A stretch of DNA of 64,000 nt from Waterburya sp. (GCA_965217895.1 CBDCJV010000002.1:2848001-2912000), one strand, 5' to 3'; shown: positions 9,926-21,291, counted from the stretch's first letter. A program made the numbers and translations. The notes: generated by a model not told the origin, from the sequence alone.

Positions 9926-11377
9926 GTGAGTGTTAGAGTAAGGATTGCTCCTTCACCAACAGGTAATTTACATATTGGCACAGCGCGGACAGCAGTGTTT
10001 AATTGGCTGTTTGCCCATCGTCATCAAGGTGTATTTGTTTTACGGGTAGAAGATACAGATGCAGCGCGATCGCGCCCTGAATATACGGAAAATATTAAAT
10101 CAGGATTAGAATGGCTAGGCTTAAATTGGGATGAAGGACCATTTTTCCAAACCCAACGTTTGGATCAGTATCAACAAGCAGTACAGACTTTACTAGATAA
10201 AGGTTTAGCCTATCCTTGCTACTGTAGCCCTGAAGAATTAGACGAAATACGCGAAACTCAACAAGCCAAGGGACAAGCCCCTGGTTATGATAATCGTCAC
10301 CGCAACCTAACCTCTGAAGCAAAGCAGGCATTTGAGGCAGAAGGACGCAAGCCTGTGATTCGTTTCAAAATAGACGGCGAGCGCACTATTGCCTGGAAAG
10401 ATGTGATTAGAGATACCGTTACTTGGCAGGGTAGCGATTTGGGAGGCGATATGGTAATTGCCCGCACAGCAGAGAATGACGAGCCTTATGGACAGGCTTT
10501 GTATAATCTGGCAGTAGTGGTCGATGATATAGATATGAACATCTCCCACGTTATTCGGGGAGAAGATCATATTGCCAACACCGCCAAACAAATTTTGCTT
10601 TATGAAGCATTGGCTGGAGAAATTCCGATCTTTGCCCATACTCCTTTGATTCTCAATGAAGAAGGACGCAAGCTGTCTAAACGTGATGGCGTAACTTCAA
10701 TTGATGATTTTCGGAAAATGGGCTTTTTGCCCGAAGCATTGGTTAACTACATGACTTTATTGGGGTGGACTTTCCCCGACTCTACTCAAGAGATTTTTAC
10801 TTTAGAAGAAGCAGCCAAAGAATTTGATTTAGAGCGAGTTAACAAGGCAGGAGCAAAGTTTGACTGGGATAAATTAGATTGGCTCAATAGTCAGTATCTT
10901 CATCAAATGCCTGCTGACAAGTTAACTGATTTGCTGATTCCCTATTGGCAAGAAGAAGGATATGCTGTAGATAAAATGGATCGGGGTTGGTTAGAAAAGC
11001 TGACGGCATTAACTGCACCCACTCTTAATCGTTTAACTGATGTAATTAAAGAAACCAGCGTCTTTTTTGTTGACTCAGTTGAATATACTACTGAAGCAAT
11101 GGATCTACTCCAGCAAGAAGGGGTGACAGCAGTACTTAGTGAAATTGTCTCAGGAGTAAGCAACACTGACAGTATGACCGAAGATGATGCTCAAGCTTTA
11201 ATCAAGCAAGTTACCAAAAGCCAAAAAGTCAAAAAAGGCTTAGTAATGCGATCGCTACGGGCAAGTTTAACAGGCGAATTACATGGTCCAGATCTCACTC
11301 AAACTTGGTTACTACTCAATCAATTAGGGGTAGACAAAACCCGACTCCAACAAACCTTAGCTAAGATTGCAGGTTAA
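9926..11377 (+). CDS. gltX: Glutamate--tRNA ligase
   Basis: [23 protein letters not shown]. Confidence 0.97.
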   Translation: MSVRVRIAPSPTGNLHIGTARTAVFNWLFAHRHQGVFVLRVEDTDAARSRPEYTENIKSGLEWLGLNWDEGPFFQTQRLDQYQQAVQTLLDKGLAYPCYCSPEELDEIRETQQAKGQAPGYDNRHRNLTSEAKQAFEAEGRKPVIRFKIDGERTIAWKDVIRDTVTWQGSDLGGDMVIARTAENDEPYGQALYNLAVVVDDIDMNISHVIRGEDHIANTAKQILLYEALAGEIPIFAHTPLILNEEGRKLSKRDGVTSIDDFRKMGFLPEALVNYMTLLGWTFPDSTQEIFTLEEAAKEFDLERVNKAGAKFDWDKLDWLNSQYLHQMPADKLTDLLIPYWQEEGYAVDKMDRGWLEKLTALTAPTLNRLTDVIKETSVFFVDSVEYTTEAMDLLQQEGVTAVLSEIVSGVSNTDSMTEDDAQALIKQVTKSQKVKKGLVMRSLRASLTGELHGPDLTQTWLLLNQLGVDKTRLQQTLAKIAG

Positions 11378-11395
11378 GAACTAGTTGACCAACGG

Positions 11396-11436
11396 TTAGA
11401 GATTATTCCGTTATGCAGTGGCGGAATAATCTCTAA
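11396..11436. terminator. Hairpin after gltX
   Basis: TTAGAGATTATTCCG ... CGGAATAATCTCTAA. Confidence 0.65.
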
Positions 11437-11602
11437 CTAAAAAAAAGCTTTCTGTAGAGATTTCCAACTGAAATTTTGACAAGCAATTAAACTATAAATT
11501 TTGTAATTTAATGTAATCTAATTTACCAACGTGCAACCAATACTTATATCAATAGATTATTATTGTACAGTATCAATATAAACAAAAGCTATAAATGCTG
11601 TT

Positions 11603-12836
11603 GTGAAAGCTACTGGTTCAACTATCGAAGTTTTATTAATAGATAACGATCGCTTTGACGATCGGCAGGTAGAATCTGCCTTATCTCAAATAAAATCTTA
11701 TGATGTTAAGCTAGTTAAATTTTATAATTTAAGGGATGGAATCTATTTTTTAGACCTACATTGCCCAGACATTGTTTTATTAAAATTAAAAGCTCACAAA
11801 AGTCATGATGCAGAAGCTTTGAAAATAATCCAGGCGATTAAGAGTAGCAAAATTCCTGTAGTTACAGTTATTAAAAAGCAAGATCTGTAAGATAATTGAT
11901 AATCGACAGTTAACCTTAGCTTTTGATTCAGATTTATTAGATTCCAAATCTGATTATGCTGCTTGTGAAGTTGCGAAATTACCAATAAAAAAAGTAAAAC
12001 AATACTGGAAACATTTATTGTCAGGAAATATTATCGCTCTAGATGACTTTTCTTTAATAAAAATAATTAATAGTGATGACCCAGATTTAGGTAGTGTTAT
12101 TTGTTCTCAATTAATAGTACCGATTATTTCTCATCAGCAACTTTGGGGTTTATTTTGTATTGAACAAGAATCTATTCCTAGATATTGGCAGCCAACAGAA
12201 CTTGATTTTATCAAACGTATAGTAATACAGCTGGGTATTGCTATCAGACAATCAAAACTTTATCAAGAATTGGAACAAGTCAATCAGGGGTTAAAGCAAC
12301 TAGCCGTAATAGATTGCTTAACAGAAGTTGCCAATCGTCGTCGATTCGATCAATATTTAGCTGTTGAATGGAAGAGGCTGGCTAGAGAAAAAAATTGTTT
12401 GTCTCTCATCATGTGTGATGTCGATCACTTTAAACTTTACAATGATGCTTATGGACATCAAGCAGGGGATCTTTGCCTTTATAAAATTGCCCAAGCAATT
12501 AATAACACTGTTAAGCGTCCTGGGGACTTAGTAGCTCGTTATGGCGGAGAGGAGTTTGCTGTTATTTTACCCAATACCGATCTAAAAGGGGCAAAGCACG
12601 TAGCCCAGGAGATATTTGACCACATAGAGACTCTTAAAATTCCTCATATCAATTCCCCCGTAAATCTCTATGTAACAATATCTGTGGGAATGGTAAGCAG
12701 TAAGCCCAGCAAAAAATATGAATCCGAGGATTTGATTGCTGCTGCCGACCAAAATTTGTATAAGGCCAAAGAATTGGGACGCAATCAAGCTGTAGAATCT
12801 AAGCTTGACAATGAACAATTATCAATGAGCAATTAA
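11603..12836 (+). pseudogene. Split REC-GAF-GGDEF diguanylate cyclase (truncated receiver ORF plus GAF/GGDEF ORF in another frame)
   Basis: 11603-11890 is a receiver lacking its C-terminal half; the GGDEF frame is open from 11862 and begins mid-GAF; GGEEF and RPGD I-site intact. Confidence 0.7.
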
Positions 12837-12866
12837 TAATAAAGAAAGTTAATATTACTGATTTCT

Positions 12867-12894
12867 GTACGGGCGAACGATCATTCGTCCCTAA
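12867..12894. repeat. REP-like palindrome
   Basis: GTACGGGCGAACGATCATTCGTCCCTA. Confidence 0.5.
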
Positions 12895-12916
12895 CTGACC
12901 TTTAACTTGACTAAAA

Positions 12917-14020
12917 ATGTCTACTGGATATACTTTACCTGTTTTTGCCTGTGCTAGCGCGATCGCAGCTTTACGCCATCTCCATCAACAATCACCGCAA
13001 GCTACGGTCAAAGTAAATTTAATTAAACCAGCCCAAATAGTAGATATAGCCATTGAACAGGTGGCAAAAGTTGATCAATATACAGCGATCGCCATTAGCC
13101 GCAGCGATCCTGGAGATCACCTGGATTTAACTCGTAATACCCCTATCTGGGCAAAGGTGAGCTTGAATAATTCTGATTCAGAGCAAATCACCATCAAAGG
13201 AGGTGAAGGTATTGGTCGTTATGGTGAGAATCAAGCAGCAATTTATAGTTATGCCCAAGAATTAATTATAGAAAATCTCAAACCCTTGCTTCAAAGTAAT
13301 GAAAGCATTGAAATAACTATTATTATGCCCGAAGGACAAAGATTAGCTAAACGCACATCTAATGAAGCCTTTGGAGTAGTAGCAGGATTATCTTTGTTAG
13401 GGACAACAGGAATTGTTCAGCCATTAATAGCCCCTAGTCAGCTAGAAGAATATCAGACTCAAATAAAAGAAAAGGCAGCTTTGTATGATTCTTTAGTCTT
13501 TTGTATTGGTGAAAACGGTATCGATCTGGCGCAAAGAGCGGGCATAGATCCCCAAAGAATTATCAAAACCGCCAACTGGCTGGGTTCAATGTTAGTTACC
13601 GCAGGCTTCGCAGAAGTAAAGTCAATTTTGCTATTTGGTTATCACGGTAAGCTGATCAAGTTAGCTGGAGGCATTTTTCACACCCATAATCATCTTGCCG
13701 ATGGCAGACTAGAGATCTTAACCGCTTATTGTGCCAAGCTGGGTTTACCTCAGGCTGAAGCGATTAAAATTCTTGACTGTTCTACCACCGAATCTGCTTT
13801 GAACCTGCTGCGGGAATTAGACTCAGGCAATGAACAAGATTTTAGCTGGAGCGATCTAGTTTATGAACAACTCACTCAGGCGATCGACCTAAAATCTCAG
13901 GCATATATTCGCAAGTATACTGAAAAGAAACTTTGCGTTGGCTCAGTATTATTCGATCGCCAGAGAAACATCATCAAAAAAAGCCAAAATGCTCTCCTTT
14001 TGCTGCCCAATCTATGTTAA
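12917..14020 (+). CDS. cbiD: Cobalt-precorrin-5B C1-methyltransferase
   Basis: GYTLPVFACA, SDPGDHLDLT, TSNEAFGVVAGLSLLGTTG, GYHGKLIKLAGGIFHTH. Confidence 0.95.
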   Translation: MSTGYTLPVFACASAIAALRHLHQQSPQATVKVNLIKPAQIVDIAIEQVAKVDQYTAIAISRSDPGDHLDLTRNTPIWAKVSLNNSDSEQITIKGGEGIGRYGENQAAIYSYAQELIIENLKPLLQSNESIEITIIMPEGQRLAKRTSNEAFGVVAGLSLLGTTGIVQPLIAPSQLEEYQTQIKEKAALYDSLVFCIGENGIDLAQRAGIDPQRIIKTANWLGSMLVTAGFAEVKSILLFGYHGKLIKLAGGIFHTHNHLADGRLEILTAYCAKLGLPQAEAIKILDCSTTESALNLLRELDSGNEQDFSWSDLVYEQLTQAIDLKSQAYIRKYTEKKLCVGSVLFDRQRNIIKKSQNALLLLPNLC

Positions 14021-14177
14021 CCTGTTAAGAATATTTATAGCACTTTATATATAGAGCATGACCCTGTTGGATCGTAACTCTTCAGATACAAAAATGGCGT
14101 AAAAGCCGATAATTATTCACACTTTGTTACTTAATTACCTACATCACCATTACCTACACAGACTTTACTAGAGTATA

Positions 14178-15806
14178 GTGACTATCCAGACAGAATCAAT
14201 CTCCCCTAGCAATGAGACTTTATCTCCTAAGTCTCTGATAAATCAGACTAATCGCCAGAAAATAATCATTATAGATTTTGGTTCTCAATACTCTGAATTG
14301 ATTGCTCGTAGAATACGAGAAACTCAGGTGTATTCAGAAGTTTTATCTTATCGAACTACTGCCGATCAGCTTCGCGACATAAATCCTCAAGGAATCATTC
14401 TTTCTGGTGGCCCCAATTCTGTATACGACGATCATGCTCCTAAATGCGACTCCGAAATTTGGAATTTAGATATTCCTATTCTTGGTGTATGCTACGGAAT
14501 GCAGCTAATGGTAAAGCAACTGGGCGGTACGGTAGAAAAAGTTAAATTAGGCGAATATGGTAAAGCCCCACTGTTTATACAAGATCCTACAGACCTGCTA
14601 ACTAATGTTGAGTCAGGAGCTACCATGTGGATGAGTCATGGCGACTCCTGCATTAAGCTTCCAGAAGGGTTTTCCATTTTGGCATATACCAAGAATACTC
14701 CCTGTGCTGCAATTTCCAATCCTGAGAAAAAGCTTTTCGGCGTACAGTTTCACCCTGAAGTAGTGCATTCAAATGGTGGGATCGCTTTGATTCGTAATTT
14801 TGTTTACCATGTCTGCGAATGTGAACCAACCTGGACAACAGAAGCCTTTGTTGAGGAGTCGATTCGAGATATTCGGGCAAAAGTAGGTAATAAACGAGTT
14901 TTATTGGCTCTTTCTGGGGGAGTTGATTCTTCTACCTTGGCTTTTCTGCTTCATAGAGCCATTGGCGACCAGCTAACCTGTATGTTTATTGATCAGGGGT
15001 TCATGCGTAAAGGTGAACCAGAAAGGCTGGTAGAAATATTTAAAAATAAGTTTTTGATTCCTGTAGAATATGTGATGGCTCGCGATCGCTTTTTGAAACA
15101 GGTAGAGGGTGTAAGCGATCCCGAACTTAAGCGTCGTCGTATTGGACATGAGTTTATCAAAGTTTTTGAGGAAGAGTCAAAAAAATTAGGACCTTTTGAT
15201 TATTTGGCACAGGGAACTCTTTATCCTGATGTGATTGAGTCGGCTGATACTAACGTTGACCCTAAAACAGGGGAAAGAGTAGCAGTTAAAATTAAAAGCC
15301 ATCATAATGTCGGTGGTTTACCCAAGGATCTGCGCTTTAAATTAGTTGAACCTTTACGCAAGCTATTTAAAGACGAGGTGCGTAATGTTGCCCGTGCTAT
15401 TGGTCTGCCAGAAGAAATTGTGCATCGTCATCCCTTTCCAGGACCAGGTTTAGCAATTCGGATTGTCGGAGAAGTTACCGCCCAAAGATTAAATATTTTG
15501 CGGGATGCTGATTTTATTGTTCGCGATGAAATTAGTAAACAGGGTATGTACCATGACTACTGGCAAGCCTTTGCGGTGCTATTGCCAATTCGCAGCGTGG
15601 GAGTAATGGGAGATAAACGCACCTATGCTCATCCAATTGTGCTGCGCTTTATTACCAGTGAAGACGGCATGACCGCAGATTGGTCAAGAGTGCCTTATGA
15701 TTTATTAGAAACTATTTCTAATCGAATTGTTAACGAGGTAAAAGGAGTAAATCGCGTGGTTTACGATATTACCTCCAAACCTCCAGGGACAATTGAGTGG
15801 GAATAG
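14178..15806 (+). CDS. guaA: GMP synthase (glutamine-hydrolysing)
   Basis: [43 protein letters not shown]. Confidence 0.98.
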   Translation: MTIQTESISPSNETLSPKSLINQTNRQKIIIIDFGSQYSELIARRIRETQVYSEVLSYRTTADQLRDINPQGIILSGGPNSVYDDHAPKCDSEIWNLDIPILGVCYGMQLMVKQLGGTVEKVKLGEYGKAPLFIQDPTDLLTNVESGATMWMSHGDSCIKLPEGFSILAYTKNTPCAAISNPEKKLFGVQFHPEVVHSNGGIALIRNFVYHVCECEPTWTTEAFVEESIRDIRAKVGNKRVLLALSGGVDSSTLAFLLHRAIGDQLTCMFIDQGFMRKGEPERLVEIFKNKFLIPVEYVMARDRFLKQVEGVSDPELKRRRIGHEFIKVFEEESKKLGPFDYLAQGTLYPDVIESADTNVDPKTGERVAVKIKSHHNVGGLPKDLRFKLVEPLRKLFKDEVRNVARAIGLPEEIVHRHPFPGPGLAIRIVGEVTAQRLNILRDADFIVRDEISKQGMYHDYWQAFAVLLPIRSVGVMGDKRTYAHPIVLRFITSEDGMTADWSRVPYDLLETISNRIVNEVKGVNRVVYDITSKPPGTIEWE

Positions 15807-15847
15807 ATTTTGAGGGATGAGAGACAAAAGCGCATTTTCGCATATAT

Positions 15848-16134
15848 AGCAATAAGTTTAGCCACGATCAAATTAACCGTTTCCTTAAAGGAGAAAAAAT
15901 CACACCGAGACTAATTTGGAATAATATCAAATCACAACTAGTAACTACTGAGTTGGGATACCTCATATTTGATGATACGGTACTAAACAAAAATTTCTTA
16001 TTCAAAATAGAGCTAGTCAGAAGACAACAAGCGTGATAACGCCAAGAAATTAACTCTTCACCGACCCTTTTAGGACGGTGAAGAGTTAACAACTCAAAAA
16101 TCCTTCACTGAAAATACTTCTTGCGTAAGTCCTA
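15848..16134 (+). mobile_element. IS701-family transposase remnant with probable terminal IR
   Basis: Unlisted frame reads SHDQINRFLKGEKITPRLIW...GYLIFDDTVLNK...IELVRRQ then stop (16034); TGCGTAAGTCCTA at 16122-16134. Confidence 0.75.
16050..16089. repeat. 14-bp perfect inverted repeat resembling an IS200/IS605 end hairpin
   Basis: TTAACTCTTCACCG-acccttttagga-CGGTGAAGAGTTAA. Confidence 0.6.
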
Positions 16135-16210
16135 TTAGTATGAAATGGTAGGTTCTATCTATAATTTAAGTGAGTTAATTCGTTAAATTCGGGTATTGGT
16201 TTCAACGAAA

Positions 16211-16732
16211 TTAGATTTGATAGCGATAGATAATAAAAGGAATTCTGCCTCTTCCTTGTCTGAGAATTGAAGTAATACTATTTGGATAAGTACCAAATTG
16301 AAATACCTGCTCTCTAAGTGCCTCACGGACTATCGAAGTAGGAGGAACTTTGTAACGTCTTATATATGCTGTATAGTCTGTACCTATTTCGTTACCACCA
16401 TAGTAAGAGCTATCGGCAAAGCTTGACTTAATGGAAAGATTGTTTTCTCCCAAAATATATACATTATCATCTACTGAAAGCTTTGATTCTAATGGTTTGG
16501 AGTCGATATTAATATTATTATTGTTAATAATATTCTGACCCTCATTGGTAACAGGTTCTGTCTTAGGCGATTGCTTCTGACTAGCATTGCAGATATCAGT
16601 TAAATCTTTCAGTTGTCCAGAATTGTCGATTAGGTAACATTTAGGGCGTTCTTGCGCGACAGCTATTGATGCCAACCCACCGATCGAACCTAGGCTAGTT
16701 AAAAATATTGTTAGTAGAAATTTATAAGTCAT
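16211..16732 (-). CDS. Hypothetical secreted protein
   Basis: Signal-peptide-like N-terminus followed by CYLIDNSGQLKDLTDIC. Confidence 0.7.
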   Translation of the reverse strand: MTYKFLLTIFLTSLGSIGGLASIAVAQERPKCYLIDNSGQLKDLTDICNASQKQSPKTEPVTNEGQNIINNNNINIDSKPLESKLSVDDNVYILGENNLSIKSSFADSSYYGGNEIGTDYTAYIRRYKVPPTSIVREALREQVFQFGTYPNSITSILRQGRGRIPFIIYRYQI

Positions 16733-16857
16733 ATTTTTTGCTCATTATTATAAACAACAACAGTATATTTACTGATATCTTTATTGTTGCTTAAAAGTGG
16801 AGCATTGTACTACTAATTAAAGAAATTTATATTGCCAACAGTGAACCAAATAAAGTC

Positions 16858-17373
16858 GCGATCGCCATCAAGCTTGATTCTCCAGGTTCAATATTTTTTA
16901 GTCAAACTCGTTGCGGTTGGCTAGGAGGAAAATTCGAGATCTGGAAGTTTCGCTCGATGTGTGCTGATGCCGAAGCGATGAAATCAAAAGTTCCCAATCA
17001 AGTCCAGGGAGCTTTTTTTAAAAATGATTTAGATCCTAGAATTACCAAGGTAGGTAGATTTCTGCGCCGTACTAGCCTAGATGAATTGCCTCAATTTTGG
17101 AATGTGTTAAAGGGAGATATGAGTTTAGTTGGAACTCGTCCTCCAACCCCAGAAGAAGCGGATAAATATCAAATTTCTGCCTGGCAAAGACTAAATGTTA
17201 AACCAGGAATGACGGGAGAATGGCAAGTTAACGGGCGATCGCAGATTCGTAATTTTGAAGACGTAATTAGATTGGACTTGATCTATCAAAAGAATTGGAA
17301 TTTGCTGTACGATCTCAAATTAATTTTGAAGACAATTATGGTAGTTTTTCATCGAAACAATGGAGCAATGTAG
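16858..17373 (+). pseudogene. 5'-truncated bacterial sugar transferase (WcaJ/CpsE-type catalytic domain)
   Basis: AIAIKLDSPG..FFSQTRCG..WKFRSM, DPRITKVGRFLRRTSLDELPQ; the preceding KR..D/TM helix and a start codon are missing. Confidence 0.75.
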
Positions 17374-17408
17374 CCATAGATTTTTTTGAATAGATAATTT
17401 TTAAAAGC

Positions 17409-18281
17409 CTAAAAGTACTTTTTGGTAAGCAAAGCCAATTTTTCTTTAGTTGCAGCAGGTATCTGATCGCGAGGAGTTAAGATGGCATATTTTAAAGCTG
17501 AATGAGCCATTGATTCTGGCGGTTTAGCGTTCAATTTTTTGACTATTTCTTTAATTACTAATTGAGCGTTAATCGCATTTTTCTGTAAATTATCAATAAT
17601 CATTTCCACCGTAACGCTGTCATGATCGTTATGCCAGCAGTCGTAATCTGTAACTAAAGCAAGAGTAGCATAGGCAATTTCTGCTTCTCTGGCTAACTTA
17701 GCTTCAGTCAAATTGGTCATGCCAATCACGGTTGCTCCCCAACTGCGATATAAATTAGATTCGGCTTTGGTAGAAAATGCAGGGCCTTCCATACAAACAT
17801 AAGTGCCACCGCGATGCAGATTGGACTCAGATAAATCTAAAGACTCCACAGCATCAGCCAAGACACTAGCCAGATTAGGGCAAACAGGATCGCCAAAAGC
17901 AATGTGAGCTACTAAACCTTCGCCAAAAAAAGTCGATTCGCGATTCTTGGTGCGATCGATAAACTGATCGGGTATTACCATATCTAAGGGTTTAGCTTCT
18001 TCTTTTAATGAGCCAACGGCAGAAGCCGAAATAATATATTCCACTCCCAGTTGTTTCATAGCATGAATATTGGCACGAAAAGGTAGCTCTGAGGGAAGCA
18101 GATGATGACCACGCCCATGACGAGCTAAAAAAGCTACTGTTGCGCCTTCTAAGTCACCAACTATCAAGACATCAGAAGGATCTCCAAAAGGAGTAGATAA
18201 TTTTATCTCGTGAACATCTTTTAGAGCGTCCATTTTATACAAACCACTACCGCCAATGATGCCGATCTTCGCTTTTACCAT
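17409..18281 (-). CDS. mtnP: S-methyl-5'-thioadenosine phosphorylase
   Basis: [34 protein letters not shown]. Confidence 0.95.
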   Translation of the reverse strand: MVKAKIGIIGGSGLYKMDALKDVHEIKLSTPFGDPSDVLIVGDLEGATVAFLARHGRGHHLLPSELPFRANIHAMKQLGVEYIISASAVGSLKEEAKPLDMVIPDQFIDRTKNRESTFFGEGLVAHIAFGDPVCPNLASVLADAVESLDLSESNLHRGGTYVCMEGPAFSTKAESNLYRSWGATVIGMTNLTEAKLAREAEIAYATLALVTDYDCWHNDHDSVTVEMIIDNLQKNAINAQLVIKEIVKKLNAKPPESMAHSALKYAILTPRDQIPAATKEKLALLTKKYF

Positions 18282-18427
18282 AAAAATTAAGCCTGCCGTA
18301 TTATATCTAGTCGAACTTGATTATTTTAGCGATTTAAGCAAACATCTATTAATATTTTTAATTGTTGATTTAAAGCGATCGCATCTCAAATCGGTGGGCA
18401 AACTCTAGAAATTAGATAGTACTATTC

Positions 18428-18540
18428 GGCGTTGGTGATTTTATGTATGACGTACAAGCAAGACTTGCCCTTGCGAGACAGCGCGTTGTGGGTCACAGAC
18501 CCACAACGCGCTGTCGAGGGCGCGCCGTTAGGCGCAAGAC
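18428..18540. repeat. Nested small palindromic elements
   Basis: 18-bp perfect stem GACAGCGCGTTGTGGGTC-aca-GACCCACAACGCGCTGTC (18477-18515); GCGCCGTTAGGCGC; GACTTGCCCTTG shared with ~171-182. Confidence 0.7.
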
Positions 18541-18650
18541 ATTAGAAGATAAAGACTCTGGACTTTGGCGTATCCTAATCCAGTCTTTTGCTGCTTCATC
18601 AACAACCTTAGTTCTTCTACTGATTCTCTAACTTCTATTTGTTGAAAGCT
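18541..18650 (-). mobile_element. IS630-like transposase N-terminal fragment
   Basis: QIEVRESVEELRLLMKQQKTGLGYAKVQSLYLL resembles cyanobacterial IS630 HTH starts. Confidence 0.6.
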
Positions 18651-18727
18651 CCTACGCAGGTGAGGCGGAAACGGAGAGGTTTCCACGCGAAGCGCGTTCC
18701 ACGCCGTAGTCAATTAAATAGCTTAGA

Positions 18728-19075
18728 GCTTTTGGATAAATGCTTTCTAGTGTTTTGTTAGGACTCAGTATTAACCCTGTGATAAAGCGATGAAGTGTGG
18801 TCTTGGGGGTTTCCCCCATGAACAACTTCATCAAGACAGCGACTGACTATTTCAAACCCTTTTTTGCGCTTAAATAGCTCTCTATATTGCTCTGGATACT
18901 CAGCTATTGATTTCGGAACTCCTACCAAGCAAATCATCGCTCAAATTGATTTTTAGGATTTCATTTTTTACCTTACTTTCTTTTTGCTTTTTTTTCTTCG
19001 TAAAATTGCCAAGTCGTGAAAAAATCGTATCGTGATGTGAAGCAACTGCTTTCTTGACTTTAGGTTTGCAACCGT
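18728..19075 (-). mobile_element. IS701-like transposase 5' remnant interrupted by a 52-bp element
   Basis: ATG at 18937: MICLVGVPKSIAEYPEQYRELFKRKKGFEIVSR-[insert]-FITGLILSPNKTLESIY. Confidence 0.6.
18786..18842. mobile_element. 52-bp miniature mobile palindromic element flanked by AGCGA direct repeat
   Basis: AGCGA at 18786-90 and 18838-42; core GGGGGTTTCCCCC; removal restores the transposase frame. Confidence 0.75.
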
Positions 19076-19078
19076 AAT

Positions 19079-20299
19079 CTAATTTTCTAATACTTCTAAT
19101 ACCGCTTTTGACTGTAGCTTATTTTTAAACCAGATTAACCTATTTGGTAAATCAGTAAACTTAACTCCTGCCTTTTCTAAATTTAATCTTTCAGAAACAG
19201 CAAGAATTAGGTTTTCAGTGTCACCACTACGCACCTGATAAAATTTTTTCTGTAGATATTCTGGTTTCCAGTAACCAACAATTTCTAAAAGAAATTCTCT
19301 GCCGTCTGGATGAGTTAGACGAAAGTCAGGGATCATTACGCTGCCTGGAAGAGGAATTAAATCGACCTCTCTTTCTAATCGCCATTCAGTTTTTGTTTTC
19401 GCCCAACTTTTAGCAAAAGAAGCCTCCAGCATACTATCATATTGTTTTCCTGGGGGATAGTGAGAAATTAAATTACAACGATCGCTCGCTAAATTAAACT
19501 TACCTGTTTTAACACTCCCAGAATATTGATCGCGATTTTGTAGTTTAGCCTGGAGACTCCATTTTGTTACATGAAGCAAAGCAGGAATCATTTTTGCCAG
19601 AGCCAAACCATATCTGGTGCTTGCTTTAAAAAGACTAGCGGGTCCATCCATGGTTAAAGTAAATCCCGTATCAGCATCTCCTTCTATGTATGCCATTAAC
19701 TGAAATAATTTGATGTAGCGAAACAGTAATTTGTATTCTCCAGGATCATTGCGGTGAGCATTGATAACAACATTGCTGGCATGGTAAAAAATGCCCTGTA
19801 CTTGAGAAAGATTGTAACGATGAAGCAATGACTCAGGAATTGGTGCTTCAAACTGAGTAAGTAGACGATTTTCTTGAAGGTCTGCGTATAATCCTGCTTC
19901 AATTTCAGCGCGAGATACAGCATATTTCAATTCATTAGATAGACAGAGGGAAATTGCTTCTAAAGTATCGCTACGATTATTAGGTATAGTTGCTGTTTTA
20001 GCTGCTTGTGAGAAAACTCTTTGCCGAAGCATTGTTGGCTCAAGAGGACTGATAATTTCAAAAGTAGAAAATGTATTACGTAATATATGAGCTAGACCTC
20101 TTATCAATCGATAATTAGGGCTGTTGCCTTCTAGGTCTAAAAGTCGCCGATCTAAATCTCCTTGAGTTTTACCTATGTAATCTTGAAAACAACTGATTAT
20201 ATCTTCTGCTATGCCTAAATTATGACCATTAATTTCTAACTTCTTAGGTATGATTGTTTCGCCACTACGTCTATAGATAAGTAAGTCGCTCTTTAACAT
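19079..20299 (-). CDS. DUF790 family protein (Bax1-like PD-(D/E)xK nuclease)
   Basis: LYADL, RYNLSQVQG, DGPASLF..STRYG, YDSMLE, IPDF...LEIVGYW. Confidence 0.88.
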   Translation of the reverse strand: MLKSDLLIYRRSGETIIPKKLEINGHNLGIAEDIISCFQDYIGKTQGDLDRRLLDLEGNSPNYRLIRGLAHILRNTFSTFEIISPLEPTMLRQRVFSQAAKTATIPNNRSDTLEAISLCLSNELKYAVSRAEIEAGLYADLQENRLLTQFEAPIPESLLHRYNLSQVQGIFYHASNVVINAHRNDPGEYKLLFRYIKLFQLMAYIEGDADTGFTLTMDGPASLFKASTRYGLALAKMIPALLHVTKWSLQAKLQNRDQYSGSVKTGKFNLASDRCNLISHYPPGKQYDSMLEASFAKSWAKTKTEWRLEREVDLIPLPGSVMIPDFRLTHPDGREFLLEIVGYWKPEYLQKKFYQVRSGDTENLILAVSERLNLEKAGVKFTDLPNRLIWFKNKLQSKAVLEVLEN

Positions 20300-20523
20300 C
20301 AGAATTTCAATAAATCTCTCACGGGAAAGCTAAGACTATAGCTAATATCAATAGTAAATTGAATATGCTCAATTTTTTAGCTTTCAAATTTAAATATAAA
20401 AGTAATCATTATGTACATCTTGGTATAAAGAAAAAAAACAGGATCGGCGAAAGATATAATTATTAAAACAAGTTTAGCGATTTTACTCAATCTGGAGAAC
20501 GATTAATTTCTGCCTATCAATTT

Positions 20524-21291
20524 ATGTCACCATCCGACTTAGAAACCTCTGTCAAAGATCAAGAGAAAGAAAAATATTTAAATGAACTTCCAGATGAAGT
20601 AGAAATGTCGCTGTTCGATCATTTAGAAGAACTACGCTTGCGCATTTTCTATGCTCTGATTACAGTAGCGATCGCAGCTTTAGGCTGCTTTGTTTTTGTT
20701 AAACCTTTAGTGAGGATTTTGGAAGTTCCTGCTCAGGGTGTAAAATTCTTGCAGCTAGCCCCAGGAGAGTTTTTCTTTGTATCTATTAAGGTAGCTGGCT
20801 ATAGCGGGATGGTACTGGCAAGTCCGTTTATTCTTTATCAGATTGTCCAATTTGTCTTGCCAGGATTGACTAGGAAAGAACGTCGTCTACTCGCTCCTGT
20901 AATTTTTGGCTCTAGTATTTTGTTTTTTGCAGGTTTGTTTTTTGCCTATATTGCTTTAATTCCTGCTGCGCTTAATTTCTTTATTAACTATGGCGGCGAT
21001 GTAGTTGAACAATCTTGGTCGATTGATAAATATTTCGAGTTCGTATTACTTTTACTATTTAGTACGGGGTTAGCATTTCAAATTCCTGTAATTCAGTTAA
21101 TTTTGGGTTTTTTAGGCATTGTTTCGGCGGCGCAAATGTTTGCAGGTTGGCGTTATGTAGTGCTTGGCTCGGTAGTTATGGGAGCAGTTTTAACTCCTTC
21201 AACCGATCCTCTAACTCAATCTTTATTGGCTGGTGCAGTTCTAGGACTATATTTTGGCGGTATTGGTGCAGTTAAATTACTGGGAAAATAG
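20524..21291 (+). CDS. tatC: Twin-arginine translocase TatC
   Basis: [28 protein letters not shown]. Confidence 0.96.
   Translation: MSPSDLETSVKDQEKEKYLNELPDEVEMSLFDHLEELRLRIFYALITVAIAALGCFVFVKPLVRILEVPAQGVKFLQLAPGEFFFVSIKVAGYSGMVLASPFILYQIVQFVLPGLTRKERRLLAPVIFGSSILFFAGLFFAYIALIPAALNFFINYGGDVVEQSWSIDKYFEFVLLLLFSTGLAFQIPVIQLILGFLGIVSAAQMFAGWRYVVLGSVVMGAVLTPSTDPLTQSLLAGAVLGLYFGGIGAVKLLGK

Noticed and set aside
11513..11526. NtcA box GTAATCTAATTTAC
   Set aside because: No correctly spaced -10 element, and a chance match is likely in AT-rich DNA.
11862..11890. Programmed frameshift joining REC to GAF-GGDEF
   Set aside because: The fused product would still lack half of REC and the start of GAF, so a deletion explains it better.
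15868..16092. 74-aa minus-strand ORF
   Set aside because: It is the antisense shadow of the plus-strand IS701 fragment.
18443..18834. Three short ORFs at 18443, 18528 and 18652 as real genes
   Set aside because: They are chimeras of transposase fragments and palindromic inserts.
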